From: Nitrospirota bacterium | GTDB lineage: Bacteria > Nitrospirota > UBA9217 | Assembly (NCBI GenBank): GCA_963754875.1 | Contig: CAVWHO010000011.1 | Span: 46,552 to 110,551 of the forward strand | Length of the DNA stretch: 64,000 nt | Direction: 5' to 3' | In this document: one piece after another, positions 10,451 to 20,440 of the stretch | Layout: each line of letters starts with the position of its first letter | How positions within the stretch are numbered: the first letter of the stretch is position 1 | Notes under the pieces: model-generated | The model's input: the letters and a program-made list of their open reading frames with translations, nothing else | Told to the model about the DNA's origin: nothing | Databases searched by the model: none | Made by a program: the position numbers and the translations under genes

Positions 10451-12263
10451 TCAACTCCTGTTATCAACGTACATTCCCTCGATCGTGTCTTTGTATTTTT
10501 CATAGATGACCTTGCGTTTAAGCTTCAGGGTGGGCGTCATCTCCCCGCCTTCGATGGAAAAATCCCGGGGAAGCAATACAAATTTTTTGACAGTTTCATA
10601 CGATGCAAGCCTGCTGTTGATTTCAGCGATCCGCTGTTCGAACAGTTCCCGGATCGGCCCGCTCGTAACGAAACCGTCCTTATTGCCGCAGTCGATATCC
10701 TTTTCCCGCGCATACTCCATGACCTGTTCCCTGTTCGGGACCAGAAGAGCGGTGAGGTACGGTTTCCGGTCGCCGTAAACAATAGCTTGGGTGATGTATT
10801 TGTCGAGTTGCAGTTCGCCTTCGACCCGCCGGGGAGCAATGTTCTTCCCCCCGGCGGTAATAATCAGTTCCTTCTTCCGGTCCGTGATGCAAACGAACCC
10901 ATTTTCGATATGGCCGATATCTCCGGTCCTGAACCAGCCACTCTGCAAGGCTTCACTGGTAGCCACCGGATCCTTGTAATAGCCGACCATAACCTGGGGG
11001 CCCTTGATCAAGAGCTCACCATCTGCATCCGCCTTGATCTCCGTATTCTCAAGCGCTGTTCCCACAGAACCGAAACGCACCTGTTTCAAACTGTTGAAAC
11101 AGACGGCCGGGCTGGTCTCGGTAAGACCGTACCCTTCCAGAATAGGAATCCCGATGATCCAGAAAAATTCGTTGATCGTTTTGTCCAGGGGAGCGCCCCC
11201 ACAGCAGAAAAGCCTCATGTTTCCACCGAAACGGTCCCGAAGCTTGCCGAAGACCAAACGCTCGGCGATGTTGTACTTGAAAGACAGGAACGCAGAACTT
11301 GTCTTGTTGATATATCGTGATTCCACGTACTGCTTCCCGACCTCTATTGCCCAGTGAAAGATTTTTTGTTTCATTGCAGGCATTTTCCGGACATTTTCAA
11401 AGATGCGGGAATAGATCTTTTCGAACAACCGCGGCACGCTAACCATTACCGTCGGTTTCAACTCTACCATATTCTCCGCCACCTTTTCAATGCTGTCGGC
11501 AAACGCCAGCAGGGAACCGTTCATGATTGCCAGGTAGTAGCCAATTGTCCTTTCCAGCACGTGGCTCAAAGGCAGGAAGCTGAGGTGAATGTCCTTTTCG
11601 CTTAGTACCTCCGCCTTTTTACTCGTATAAAAAGCATCGAAAAGAATGTTGCGATGGGTCAGCATTGCCCCTTTCGGCACACCTGTTGTTCCTGACGTGT
11701 ACATGATCGTAAGAAGGTCGTCTGGGACTATTCGGTCGATGAGCGACTTCAAGCTGTTTTTTCTCGCTGTCAGTAATGGGAAAATCGATTTCCAATAGCT
11801 GATTCAACGTGCAGACTGGTAATGCGGGCTCACCCAGGAAACGCTCGAAGGAAACGACCAGTTCAACTGCAGGAATAGACTCTCGAATTTTAAGAAGCTT
11901 CGCATACTGGTGCTTGCTGGAAATAAACACGATTCGTGCTTCTGAATGGTTTATGACACGCTCGACTTGTTCCGGGGTATTGCTCGGGTAGATCGGTACG
12001 GCTATTCCGCCCGCACAAAGGATACCCATATCAGCGATAACCCACCCTGCACGATTTTCGGAAAGTATGGCAACCTTGTCTCCGGACTTAACATTCACTC
12101 TTGAAAGACCGCGAGCAGCCATCAGGGCGCGATCATAGAATTCTCCATAGCTTAACGTCACAAAGGTTCCCTTTTTTCTGAACTTCAGGGCATGTCTCTC
12201 TCGAAATTTGACAGCATTCTTCCGCAACATATCGGGAATTGATAAAAAAGGAAGATCCAGCAT
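10451..12263 (-). CDS. fadD: Long-chain fatty acid-CoA ligase; one frameshift near 11750
   Basis: YTSGTTGVPKG, GYGLTE, FRTGD and PTLKLKR motifs; ATG 12263 with AAGGAG RBS. Confidence 0.88.
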
Positions 12264-12300
12264 ACGTATCTCCTTATTAGAGAGAGAAAGTACTAATGGG

Positions 12301-12329
12301 ATCATACATAACCTTTACGCTCACGTCAA
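12301..12329 (-). promoter_or_regulatory. sigma70 promoter of the fad operon with an overlapping LiuR-like operator
   Basis: TTGACG(12329-12324)-17-TATGAT(12306-12301); dyad TTGACGTGAGCGTAAA at 12329-12314. Confidence 0.72.
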
Positions 12330-12613
12330 GTTGTTTTTGTAATTTTACATATTGTTGTAATGAAAGTCCTGTTACGATCCGCTGAAAGGATCATGGGAAT
12401 GATGCCTAAATATAACTAATTGATTTTTTTATGAGTGCCAGGATTTTAGCAAAAAAATTTCGGTTATCAGCGCGCTCTGATAAAGATGGGGTGGAGTTTC
12501 TGAAAATCAAGAATTAGTGGGCAAGATAGAAAATATTACTTACACAGAAGGAAACATATAAACGGTACGTTTTTGTGGAACTTTAAACATGCAGAGCACT
12601 CACCTATTGTGCC

Positions 12614-13324
12614 CTACTCTCTCCCTTCCGTCGACGTTTCTTGCGCGCTTTGACCTGTGATCTCCTTGATCTTCGCCAGCCGTTTCCGCCGATCCTCCCG
12701 GGAAACGTACCAGTCCTGAATGAGTGTCTCGATCAATCCGATCAGCAACTCGGCCTCTCCGGGCTCAGTGTCGAGAATTTCGGCTCCTTCACTGTCCATC
12801 CGGCCGCCGATCATGCCGTTCTTCCTGACGGACTCGATTGCCTCCCATGTGAGCGGGTCCGCCGTGCCTTTGATCTGGCGAAACTCGTCTCCGAGCATCC
12901 CCGGCTGAACTCGCCAGAAGTCCCGCAGCATTTCCGAGAGACAGCGACGCGAAAGAGCGGCGGCCACCTTCGGGCTGAACTCAACAGCGATGCAGGCTTC
13001 CTCGTAGTCCTGGAGGACCTGCTGAGGAATGTCGACGGAGAAGAAATGGGCGCGCGACGGTGGGACGAGAGACCAGGTCTTGATATGCTTTCCCGTGTAA
13101 GAACGGTTTCCGGAGACTTCCAGACCATGCAGGGAGGCACTGAGAGAAAATTTGCGGCATTCGGGATTCGGGCAGACGACAAACTTTGCCACGAGCCGGC
13201 GTGGGCCGTCAGCGTTGTCGATCGTAAGGTCTGCAAATGTAATCTGCCGCCCCTCGTCGGTGACGGTCTGATCCCTATTGCAAAACGGGCAGTGCCAGAG
13301 ATATTCGCTCACGTTTGCCTCCAT
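12614..13324 (-). CDS. DUF4145 (HEPN-like) domain protein with an N-terminal zinc ribbon
   Basis: CPFC...CPNPEC; IPQQVLQDYEEAC, AALSRRCL, WEAIESVR and IETLIQDWYV are typical of DUF4145 proteins. Confidence 0.7.
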   Translation of the reverse strand: MEANVSEYLWHCPFCNRDQTVTDEGRQITFADLTIDNADGPRRLVAKFVVCPNPECRKFSLSASLHGLEVSGNRSYTGKHIKTWSLVPPSRAHFFSVDIPQQVLQDYEEACIAVEFSPKVAAALSRRCLSEMLRDFWRVQPGMLGDEFRQIKGTADPLTWEAIESVRKNGMIGGRMDSEGAEILDTEPGEAELLIGLIETLIQDWYVSREDRRKRLAKIKEITGQSAQETSTEGRE

Positions 13325-13340
13325 GAACGGCTGCTCGATT

Positions 13341-14420
13341 TCAGATGATCAGTTCTTGCAGTTGCCGCTCTTCCCATTCTTTTGTGATAACGACTTCGCC
13401 CACCTTCGTGGGCAGGACGAACTTCACTTTGCCGCCTTCCGCCTTTTTGTCAATCTGCATGGTGCTCATCAGCTCGGTCGCCGCGGGCTTACGGCTGAGG
13501 GCGGCAAGATTTGTCGGCAACCCATAAGCTGCGATGAGTTTCTCGATGCGGTCAGGCACCGATGCGTCGCACAAACCCGTCTTCTGTGCCAGGCGCGCAG
13601 CGTAGACCATACCGATCGCGACGGCGTAGCCGTGGCGTATCGTGTAGTTTTCAGCTGTCTCGATGGCATGGCCAATCGTGTGTCCGAAGTTCAAGATCGC
13701 GCGGAGACCGCTTTCACGTTCGTCCCTGCTCACGACGTCTGCTTTGATCTCGCAGGAGCGGCGGATGACATAGAGAAGCGCATCCGGGTCGAGCGAAAGG
13801 ATCTTCTCGCGGTTATTGGCGAGATACTCGAAGAACGAGCTGTCCCAGATCACGCCGTACTTGATGACTTCTGCCATGCCCGAAAGCAGTTCTTCTTTCG
13901 GCAGGGACTTGAGCACGCTTAGGTCCATCAGGACTTTCTTCGGCTGATAGAAAGCACCGATCATGTTCTTGCCCAGGGGATGATTTACGCCGGTCTTGCC
14001 GCCGACGCTGCTGTCCACCATCGAGAGGAGCGTGGTAGGCACTTGAATGAATGGTACGCCGCGCATGAACGTGGCTGCAGCAAAACCGGTAAGGTCGCCG
14101 ATCACACCACCGCCGAACGCGACGAGCGCAGACTTCCGGTCGAAGCTGTTAATGAGAAGCGCCGTATAGATAGCGTTTGCCCAATCGAGGTTTTTATACT
14201 GTTCGCCGTCGGGGATATCTATCGACATGACAATAAAGCCCGCTTCTTTGAGGCTGTCCACTATCCTTTGGCCATAGAGCTTCTTGACCGTTGGATTCGT
14301 GACCAGTGCAATCTTTTTGCCGAGTCCGAGGTCCCGAAGCCGGTCGCCGGACTCGCCCAGGCCCGAACCGATCTCGATATCGTAGCTCCGGTCGCCGAGA
14401 CGTACCTTAACAATATGCAT
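13341..14420 (-). CDS. aroB: 3-dehydroquinate synthase
   Basis: GGGVIGD, PTTLLSMVDSSVGGKTG, LNFGHTIGHAIE, DKK. Confidence 0.97.
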   Translation of the reverse strand: MHIVKVRLGDRSYDIEIGSGLGESGDRLRDLGLGKKIALVTNPTVKKLYGQRIVDSLKEAGFIVMSIDIPDGEQYKNLDWANAIYTALLINSFDRKSALVAFGGGVIGDLTGFAAATFMRGVPFIQVPTTLLSMVDSSVGGKTGVNHPLGKNMIGAFYQPKKVLMDLSVLKSLPKEELLSGMAEVIKYGVIWDSSFFEYLANNREKILSLDPDALLYVIRRSCEIKADVVSRDERESGLRAILNFGHTIGHAIETAENYTIRHGYAVAIGMVYAARLAQKTGLCDASVPDRIEKLIAAYGLPTNLAALSRKPAATELMSTMQIDKKAEGGKVKFVLPTKVGEVVITKEWEERQLQELII

Positions 14421-14922
14421 ACTTGATTCTTTCTTTGATCATTTGAATGACGTCCTCAACCGGTTTTTCAGAGGTGTCGATGGCCACGTCCGCCTGGGCG
14501 TAGAACTGAGCGCGGCTTTCGAGCAGCTCGCGTATTTTCATCAGAGGATCAGCAGTCTGGAGCAGCGGCCGGTGGGTCTCGTGCTTGATGCGTTCGTAGA
14601 TCACTTCGGGCCGTGCGGTAAGGCAGACAACGAGGCCGGCCTTTTTGAACGCTTCGCGGTTTCTGTCCTGGATCACGGCGCCACCGCCGGTGGAAACTAC
14701 TTGACCTTCACGCGCTGTTACTTCCCGGATGATCTTTGCCTCAATCTCGCGGAAATAGGGTTCGCCGAACTTGGCGAAGATGGACGTGATATCCAAATGT
14801 TGATCGGCCTCGATGAGGCTGTCCGTGTCGACGAACAGGTAGCCCAAGTCCTTTGCCAGCTGTGTGCCGACCCGGGTCTTGCCCACACCCATGAAGCCGG
14901 TGAGAATGATATTCTTAAACAT
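14407..14922 (-). CDS. aroK: Shikimate kinase
   Basis: GFMGVGKT P-loop, GEPYFR, STGGG, RPLL. Confidence 0.96.
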   Translation of the reverse strand: MFKNIILTGFMGVGKTRVGTQLAKDLGYLFVDTDSLIEADQHLDITSIFAKFGEPYFREIEAKIIREVTAREGQVVSTGGGAVIQDRNREAFKKAGLVVCLTARPEVIYERIKHETHRPLLQTADPLMKIRELLESRAQFYAQADVAIDTSEKPVEDVIQMIKERIKYAYC

Positions 14923-14956
14923 GGTTATTGATTTTTGTTTGGCTTTTGCTAGCCTC

Positions 14957-16147
14957 TTACTTCTTTTCGACCGTTTCTTCCTCGCCTATCCGCGCCTTCA
15001 GATGCTTGTCATACTGGGAGAAATTCCGTTTCATTTCGTCGATGCTGTCGCCGCCGAACTTTTCGACCAAAGCCGTCGCCATTTCAAAAGCCACTGCGGC
15101 CTCTGCGACGACTCCGGCTGCCGGCACTGCGCAGACGTCGGACCTCTCCACGCTCGCCTTGAAAGGCCTCTTGCTCGCGAGGTCGACGGAGCGGAGCGGC
15201 TTCATGAGCGTCGGGATAGGCTTCATGGCAGCACGCAACACGATGGGTTCGCCGTTGCTGATCCCGCCTTCGATGCCGCCCGCCATGTTGGTCTTGCGAT
15301 AGAACCCTTCTTTCCTGCTCCAGAAGATCTCGTCGTGCACCTGCGAGCCCGGCCTGTTTGCAACACCGAAGCCGGCGCCGACCTCGACGCCTTTGATGGC
15401 CTGGACGCTCATGAGCGCATTGGCGAGTCTGGCGTCGAGTTTGCGGTCCCAGTGAGCGTGGCTGCCGAGACCCACAGGAACTCCGTTGATGATGATCTCA
15501 AAAACGCCGCCCAGCGTGTCGCCGGCAACCTTGGCCTCATCAATCTTCCGCATCATTCGCTTTTCCGCATCGGGGTCCGCACAGCGCAGTTCCGATGCCT
15601 CGGCGCGTTTCTTGAGTTCGCGAACAGAGATCTTGGGAACTTTAGCATACACGCCTCCAATGGAGAGCACGTGGCTTATGACTTCGATGCCGAACTCTTC
15701 GAGCAGCCGTTTTGCCACTGAGCCCACGGCCACGCGCATGGCCGTTTCCCGGGCGCTCGATCGTTCGAGGATGTTGCGAATATCGGTCATGTTGTACTTG
15801 AGGGCCCCTGCGAGGTCGGCATGGCCCGGACGGGGTCGCGTCAGAGGATCAGCAGAATTCAGGAACATCGGGTCTACCGACATTTTGTCACGCCAATTTT
15901 CCCAGTCCTTGTTCCGGATCATGAGCCCCACGGGACTGCCGAGCGTCCTGCCCCAGCGCACACCGGTATAGATCTTCACCTGGTCTTTTTCGATCTTCAT
16001 CCGGTTGCCGCGGCCGTACCCCACCTGCCTTCTGGCCAGATCGCGGTCAATGTCCGTTATCCGGATCAAAAGACCGGCAGGCATGCCTTCGATGATGCCC
16101 ATGAGAAGTTCACCATGGGATTCACCGGCAGTCAAAAGTCGCAACAT
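14957..16147 (-). CDS. aroC: Chorismate synthase
   Basis: [30 protein letters not shown]; start trimmed to ATG 16147, which has a GGGAGG RBS. Confidence 0.97.
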   Translation of the reverse strand: MLRLLTAGESHGELLMGIIEGMPAGLLIRITDIDRDLARRQVGYGRGNRMKIEKDQVKIYTGVRWGRTLGSPVGLMIRNKDWENWRDKMSVDPMFLNSADPLTRPRPGHADLAGALKYNMTDIRNILERSSARETAMRVAVGSVAKRLLEEFGIEVISHVLSIGGVYAKVPKISVRELKKRAEASELRCADPDAEKRMMRKIDEAKVAGDTLGGVFEIIINGVPVGLGSHAHWDRKLDARLANALMSVQAIKGVEVGAGFGVANRPGSQVHDEIFWSRKEGFYRKTNMAGGIEGGISNGEPIVLRAAMKPIPTLMKPLRSVDLASKRPFKASVERSDVCAVPAAGVVAEAAVAFEMATALVEKFGGDSIDEMKRNFSQYDKHLKARIGEEETVEKK

Positions 16148-16241
16148 CGTTCCCCTCCCATAGAAGCAATTAATCACGCCCTGTTTCTCTACATGATGAA
16201 TCAAGGTTTTTGTGAGAAAAAACACCTGTAAAATCGGGCTC

Positions 16242-16270
16242 ATCATAACAAATTTGTCATGGAAGTGCAA
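16242..16270 (-). promoter_or_regulatory. Putative aroC promoter with a dyad in the spacer
   Basis: TTGCAC-17-TATGAT; palindrome CATAACAAATTTGTCATG at 16244-16261. Confidence 0.5.
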
Positions 16271-16473
16271 TGAAAAGTATGGTATAAATAGGGGTATTTT
16301 AAGGGTAGGAAATGATTTTTGCCTTGGAAAAGGCATCGGAAGTTCGGATGCTGAGATACAGCAAATCACATTTTTTCAATAAGTTACAGAAAAGTAGCAC
16401 TATCCTTTTGGAGTCTAGGAACTTGAAATCGAGCATACCATCATCTACATCCAAGGAGAAGCAATAACGCACC

Positions 16474-17206
16474 ATGATCGCCCTCCTCTGCTCTGTTCAA
16501 GCTGAAGCAGAACATCTCCTGGCTTCTGCCACCGTGTCAGCAGGACCTCGACGATCGGGTCCAAGTCGATTATTGAGGGAACACTCGCCGATCAGTCGGG
16601 TCCTGCTCTGCATCGGAGGCATGGGCAAGGTCAATGCAGCTCATGCGGCGACGATTCTTTCGGGGTTTAACCCGGCAGCTATCGTCATCTTTGGAATAGG
16701 CGGAGCCTATCCTTCATCAAGCGCAAAAATCGGGGATGTCGTGATCGCAAAAGAAGAGATTGCCGGTGACGAAGGGGTGTTAACGCTTGATGGTTTTAAA
16801 GACACGGAATACATCGGCATCCCCCTGCTCAGAACCTCGACGTCGGTGATTTATACTACCTACCCGGCACCGGAATCTTTGGTCAAACACGCTCTCCAAG
16901 CGGTCTTGACCCATCGGCAAGATCGACAGAAACACTGTGCATCTGGGGACCTTCGTGACTCTGTCGACCTGCACCGGGACCACGGCGCGGGCACGGGACC
17001 TGGAAGAGCGTTATCACGGTCTTTGTGAAAACATGGAGGGAGCTGCCGTGGCGCAGGTGGCGGAACTCCACAACATTCCCTGGATCGAAGTGCGCGGGAT
17101 TTCCAATATCGTGGAAGACCGCGATCTCCAAAAATGGGACATTCCCTCAGCAGCGCATGCGGCACAGCAAGCCGTTTTACACATTTTGGGAGGCTGGAGG
17201 CAATGA
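16474..17206 (+). CDS. mqnB: Futalosine hydrolase (PNP/MTAN family) with apparent frameshifts
   Basis: GMGKVNAA, GIGGAYP, TLSTCTGT, ENMEGAAVA, EVRGISN spread over two ORFs; overlaps the mqnD start (ATGA). Confidence 0.85.
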
Positions 17207-18042
17207 CACAAACACTCACCATCGGCTATTCCCCGTGCCCGAATGATACGTTTATCTTCTATGCACTTATTCACGGAAAAGTAAAAATCCCGGGTATTAC
17301 ATTTCGCGAGCAGTTGGAAGATGTCGAGACCCTGAACCGAATGGCGCTCGACAGCAAGCTCGATTTCACAAAAATCTCCTACCACGCATTAGGCCATCTC
17401 AGAAATCAGTATGCCCTGCTTCGCTCCGGCGGTGCACTGGGACGCGGCTGCGGTCCGCTCATCGTGGCACGGCCCGGTACCAATGTCGCTGATCTGAGCA
17501 CGGGCCGCATTGCGATACCCGGAACGCTCACCACAGCCTATCTGCTGCTTCGTCTGTTCAATCCCGCATTCACGAATACAACCGTCATGACCTTTGACCA
17601 GATCATGGACGAAGTATCGAAGGGAGACGTTACTGCCGGCCTCATCATCCACGAGAGCCGATTCACCTATCCGCTTCACGGCCTCGTTAAACTCCAGGAC
17701 CTCGGCGAGTGGTGGGAGAGCTATTCCGGCCTCCCGATCCCGCTCGGCGGGATCCTCGGCAAACGTTCCCTCGGTCGTAATGTCCTGCTGAGCGTGGAAT
17801 CCGGCATTCGGGAAAGCCTTCACTACGCTAATAGTCACGCCGATGAAGTCTTGAAATACTGTATGCTGCACAGCCAGGAGATGGACGAACAGGTTATGAA
17901 AAACCACATCGACCTTTATGTAAATGATTTTTCACTCGACCTTGGGCCGGAAGGCCTGACAGCGGTCCGCAGGCTCTTTGCCGAAGCAGAGTTGCACGGA
18001 ATCTTCCTTCATTCCGAGACATCACTCCTGGCGGGGGAATGA
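17203..18042 (+). CDS. mqnD: 1,4-dihydroxy-6-naphthoate synthase
   Basis: GYSPCPNDTF, DVETLN, ALGRGCGP, IHESRFTY, PIPLG, HIDLYVN. Confidence 0.95.
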   Translation: MTQTLTIGYSPCPNDTFIFYALIHGKVKIPGITFREQLEDVETLNRMALDSKLDFTKISYHALGHLRNQYALLRSGGALGRGCGPLIVARPGTNVADLSTGRIAIPGTLTTAYLLLRLFNPAFTNTTVMTFDQIMDEVSKGDVTAGLIIHESRFTYPLHGLVKLQDLGEWWESYSGLPIPLGGILGKRSLGRNVLLSVESGIRESLHYANSHADEVLKYCMLHSQEMDEQVMKNHIDLYVNDFSLDLGPEGLTAVRRLFAEAELHGIFLHSETSLLAGE

Positions 18043-18115
18043 AAAATTTTGTTGACGGAATAACGCGAACACCGGTTATACTGTCTTTATCTTTTTTTCA
18101 AAAAAGGGAGGAACT

Positions 18116-18676
18116 ATGCTTGGCTGGATACTACTCGTGGTAGTCGGATTGATTCTGGTGTGGCTCGTTCTGATCTATAACGGCATTGTTTCTGTCCGGA
18201 ATGACGTGCAAAGCTCTTGGAAGCAAATCGATGTGCAGCTGAAGCGCAGGCATGATCTCATCCCGAACCTGGTCCAGACGGTAAAAGGTTCTATGGAGTT
18301 CGAGCAGGATACGCTCGAGAAAGTGATCTCTGCCCGGGCCAGGGCCGTATCGGCACCTACGCCGGCAACAAAAGCTGAAGCCGAGAACATGCTCACCCAG
18401 ACCCTCGGAAAACTGTTCGCGGTGATGGAGAACTATCCCGCACTCAAGAGCAATCAGAACGTCATGCAGCTCCAGGAAGAGCTCACCTCCACGGAAAACA
18501 AAATTGCTTTTGCCCGCCAGCTCTATAACGATCTGGTGGCGAACTACCGAACGAAGCTCCAGGTCTTCCCTAACAACATCGTTTCGTCAGTGTTCAACTT
18601 CCGGACGGAAGAGTATTTCGGTGCTGACGAGGCTGACCGGGCCGTCCCAGCGGTGAATCTCAGCCTGAGGAAGTAA
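18116..18676 (+). CDS. lemA: LemA family protein
   Basis: N-terminal TM helix; WKQIDVQLKRRHDLIPNLV, ENYPALKS, TENKIAFARQLYN. Confidence 0.95.
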   Translation: MLGWILLVVVGLILVWLVLIYNGIVSVRNDVQSSWKQIDVQLKRRHDLIPNLVQTVKGSMEFEQDTLEKVISARARAVSAPTPATKAEAENMLTQTLGKLFAVMENYPALKSNQNVMQLQEELTSTENKIAFARQLYNDLVANYRTKLQVFPNNIVSSVFNFRTEEYFGADEADRAVPAVNLSLRK

Positions 18677-18770
18677 TTCAAAGGACAGAGGAGGGCTTTG
18701 ATAACATCGGGTGCCTTAACTCGGCGGTTGTCCCCACTTCTGTCATTTGTCGTCTTTTACGGGAGCCATC

Positions 18771-20393
18771 ATGCCCTTGACGTTTATCGACATAGAAAAG
18801 CAGAAAAGTTGGAGGATCTGGGTGTTCTTCCTGGTCCTGCTTTTTATCTACTTTGTCATAACAGCTCTTTTCGCGGCAACGTTTCTGCGGGTGCCGTGGC
18901 ACGGGGCACTGCACTTCTGGATTGTTGCAGGTCTGATTGCCCTGCTGGTCGCAGGTATCCATTTCTGGTTCTCCGCCTATGATACGGTCAGCGCCGTCGT
19001 CAGGGGATTAGACGCCCGTCCGCCCGACCCTCAGGACGACGTCCATAAGGTACTTTTGGACGTCATGCAGGAGATCCATGTCGTGACGGGGAACAAGCGA
19101 AAGATGCAATGCCTCGTCATCCCCTCCCTGTCCCTCAACGCCCTCGCCGTGGTTGACCTCAAGGGAGAGGCAGCCGTCGCGATTACAGAGGGGTTGCTTT
19201 CACGCTTGACACGGCCCCAACTCGAGACCGTCCTGGCCCATGAAGCGCACCATGTCCTCTCCGGTGACTGCCTCGAAACCACGGTTGCTGCGAGCCTGTT
19301 CGGCACCTATGCTTCTATCCTGGAAAAGTTGGACACCTCGTCGAGGGGGAGAAGCTCCGTATCGCCGGCCTATTACCTCGCCTGGGGCATGCTTCAAGTG
19401 AGCTACCTCCTGAACATGTTCATTTCCCGCGAACGAGAATATCGCGCCGATGCAGCCTCAGTGCGGATGACCCGCAACCCCATCGCACTTGCCGAGACGC
19501 TTTACCTGCTCTCGCGCAGCTGGCGCGGGGCAGGTTTCATCGGAAGCGGCTTCGAGATGCTCTGCATCGTAAATCCCCAAGCTACTGCCCTTGACGAGAC
19601 GGAAGGATTCTGGGCCGATCTGCTGTCAACGCATCCGCCGCTCAGCAAGCGAATGGATATCCTGCTCGCCATGGCTCATACAAGCATTTCCGAGTTAAGC
19701 GCACACTTTGAAAAAAGCGCGGCAAGCAGTGGGCGCACGCCGTCTGAACCTCGCTACTTTGCCCTGGATCCACAGCAGAAGTGGCAGGGCCCCTTCACCC
19801 TTGCGGAATTGGGCACACAGCCGTGGCTTTCGCCGCTTACCTGGATAACGAAGGGACAACAACAGCCGGTAGACCGCGCATGGAAAGAACCGCTTATCAA
19901 TGCGATCTTCGCATTGAGGCTTTCACAACAGGCCAACCAGCCAACAACCCTCTCATGCCCGGCATGCAGGCAGCCTCTCTTGGCGGAGCACTATGAAGGG
20001 ACTGAGATTAATCAGTGCAGGTTCTGCAGCGGCATTCTCGTTGATACGGCCAAAATATCGAGAATCCTTGCCCGGACGGGGAGGGAGCGGCCGTGTTCGG
20101 ATCGAATCAATTCCCTTGCGAAAGCGGTCATAGCGGGAAATCAGCTCACGAATGCTCGACAAAAGTTGGGCGCAAGGTCTAAGGATGCCGTCCCTAACCT
20201 TCCGTGCCCTCAATGCGCTCGTCCCATGTTCCGGGGATTTTACAGCCAGGCATACCTCATCGAAATCGATCGATGTAGCTTTTGCGGATTTACCTGGTTC
20301 GACCAGAACGAACTTGAGATGCTGCAGTGCCTGATCGAGAACAAGATTGTGGCGGATATAGCAGATGCTGCGGCAACTCGCCCATCGGTCTGA
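18771..20393 (+). CDS. M48 (HtpX-like) zinc metalloprotease with a C-terminal GYF_2-like segment and two zinc ribbons
   Basis: TM helices, NA, AITEGLL, AHEAHH, SREREYRADA, STHPP; then WQGPFTLAEL..TWI, CPAC..CRFC and CPQC..CSFC-G-WFD-NEL. Confidence 0.82.
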   Translation: MPLTFIDIEKQKSWRIWVFFLVLLFIYFVITALFAATFLRVPWHGALHFWIVAGLIALLVAGIHFWFSAYDTVSAVVRGLDARPPDPQDDVHKVLLDVMQEIHVVTGNKRKMQCLVIPSLSLNALAVVDLKGEAAVAITEGLLSRLTRPQLETVLAHEAHHVLSGDCLETTVAASLFGTYASILEKLDTSSRGRSSVSPAYYLAWGMLQVSYLLNMFISREREYRADAASVRMTRNPIALAETLYLLSRSWRGAGFIGSGFEMLCIVNPQATALDETEGFWADLLSTHPPLSKRMDILLAMAHTSISELSAHFEKSAASSGRTPSEPRYFALDPQQKWQGPFTLAELGTQPWLSPLTWITKGQQQPVDRAWKEPLINAIFALRLSQQANQPTTLSCPACRQPLLAEHYEGTEINQCRFCSGILVDTAKISRILARTGRERPCSDRINSLAKAVIAGNQLTNARQKLGARSKDAVPNLPCPQCARPMFRGFYSQAYLIEIDRCSFCGFTWFDQNELEMLQCLIENKIVADIADAAATRPSV

Positions 20394-20440
20394 GGATCAG
20401 TGAATACGACGGAAACACATTGTTCAAGGAAGTGGATCAC

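Noticed and set aside
4937..12263. fadE, fadN and fadD as pseudogenes or programmed frameshifts
   Set aside because: Catalytic motifs are intact across the shifts and the same kind of break occurs in essential genes, so sequencing error is more likely.
16148..16369. N-terminal extension of AroC in the ORF track (likewise for fchA, mqnD, moaX, rpsZ, rplL)
   Set aside because: These are upstream in-frame starts without an RBS; conserved sequence begins at the downstream starts, which mostly have clear SD motifs.
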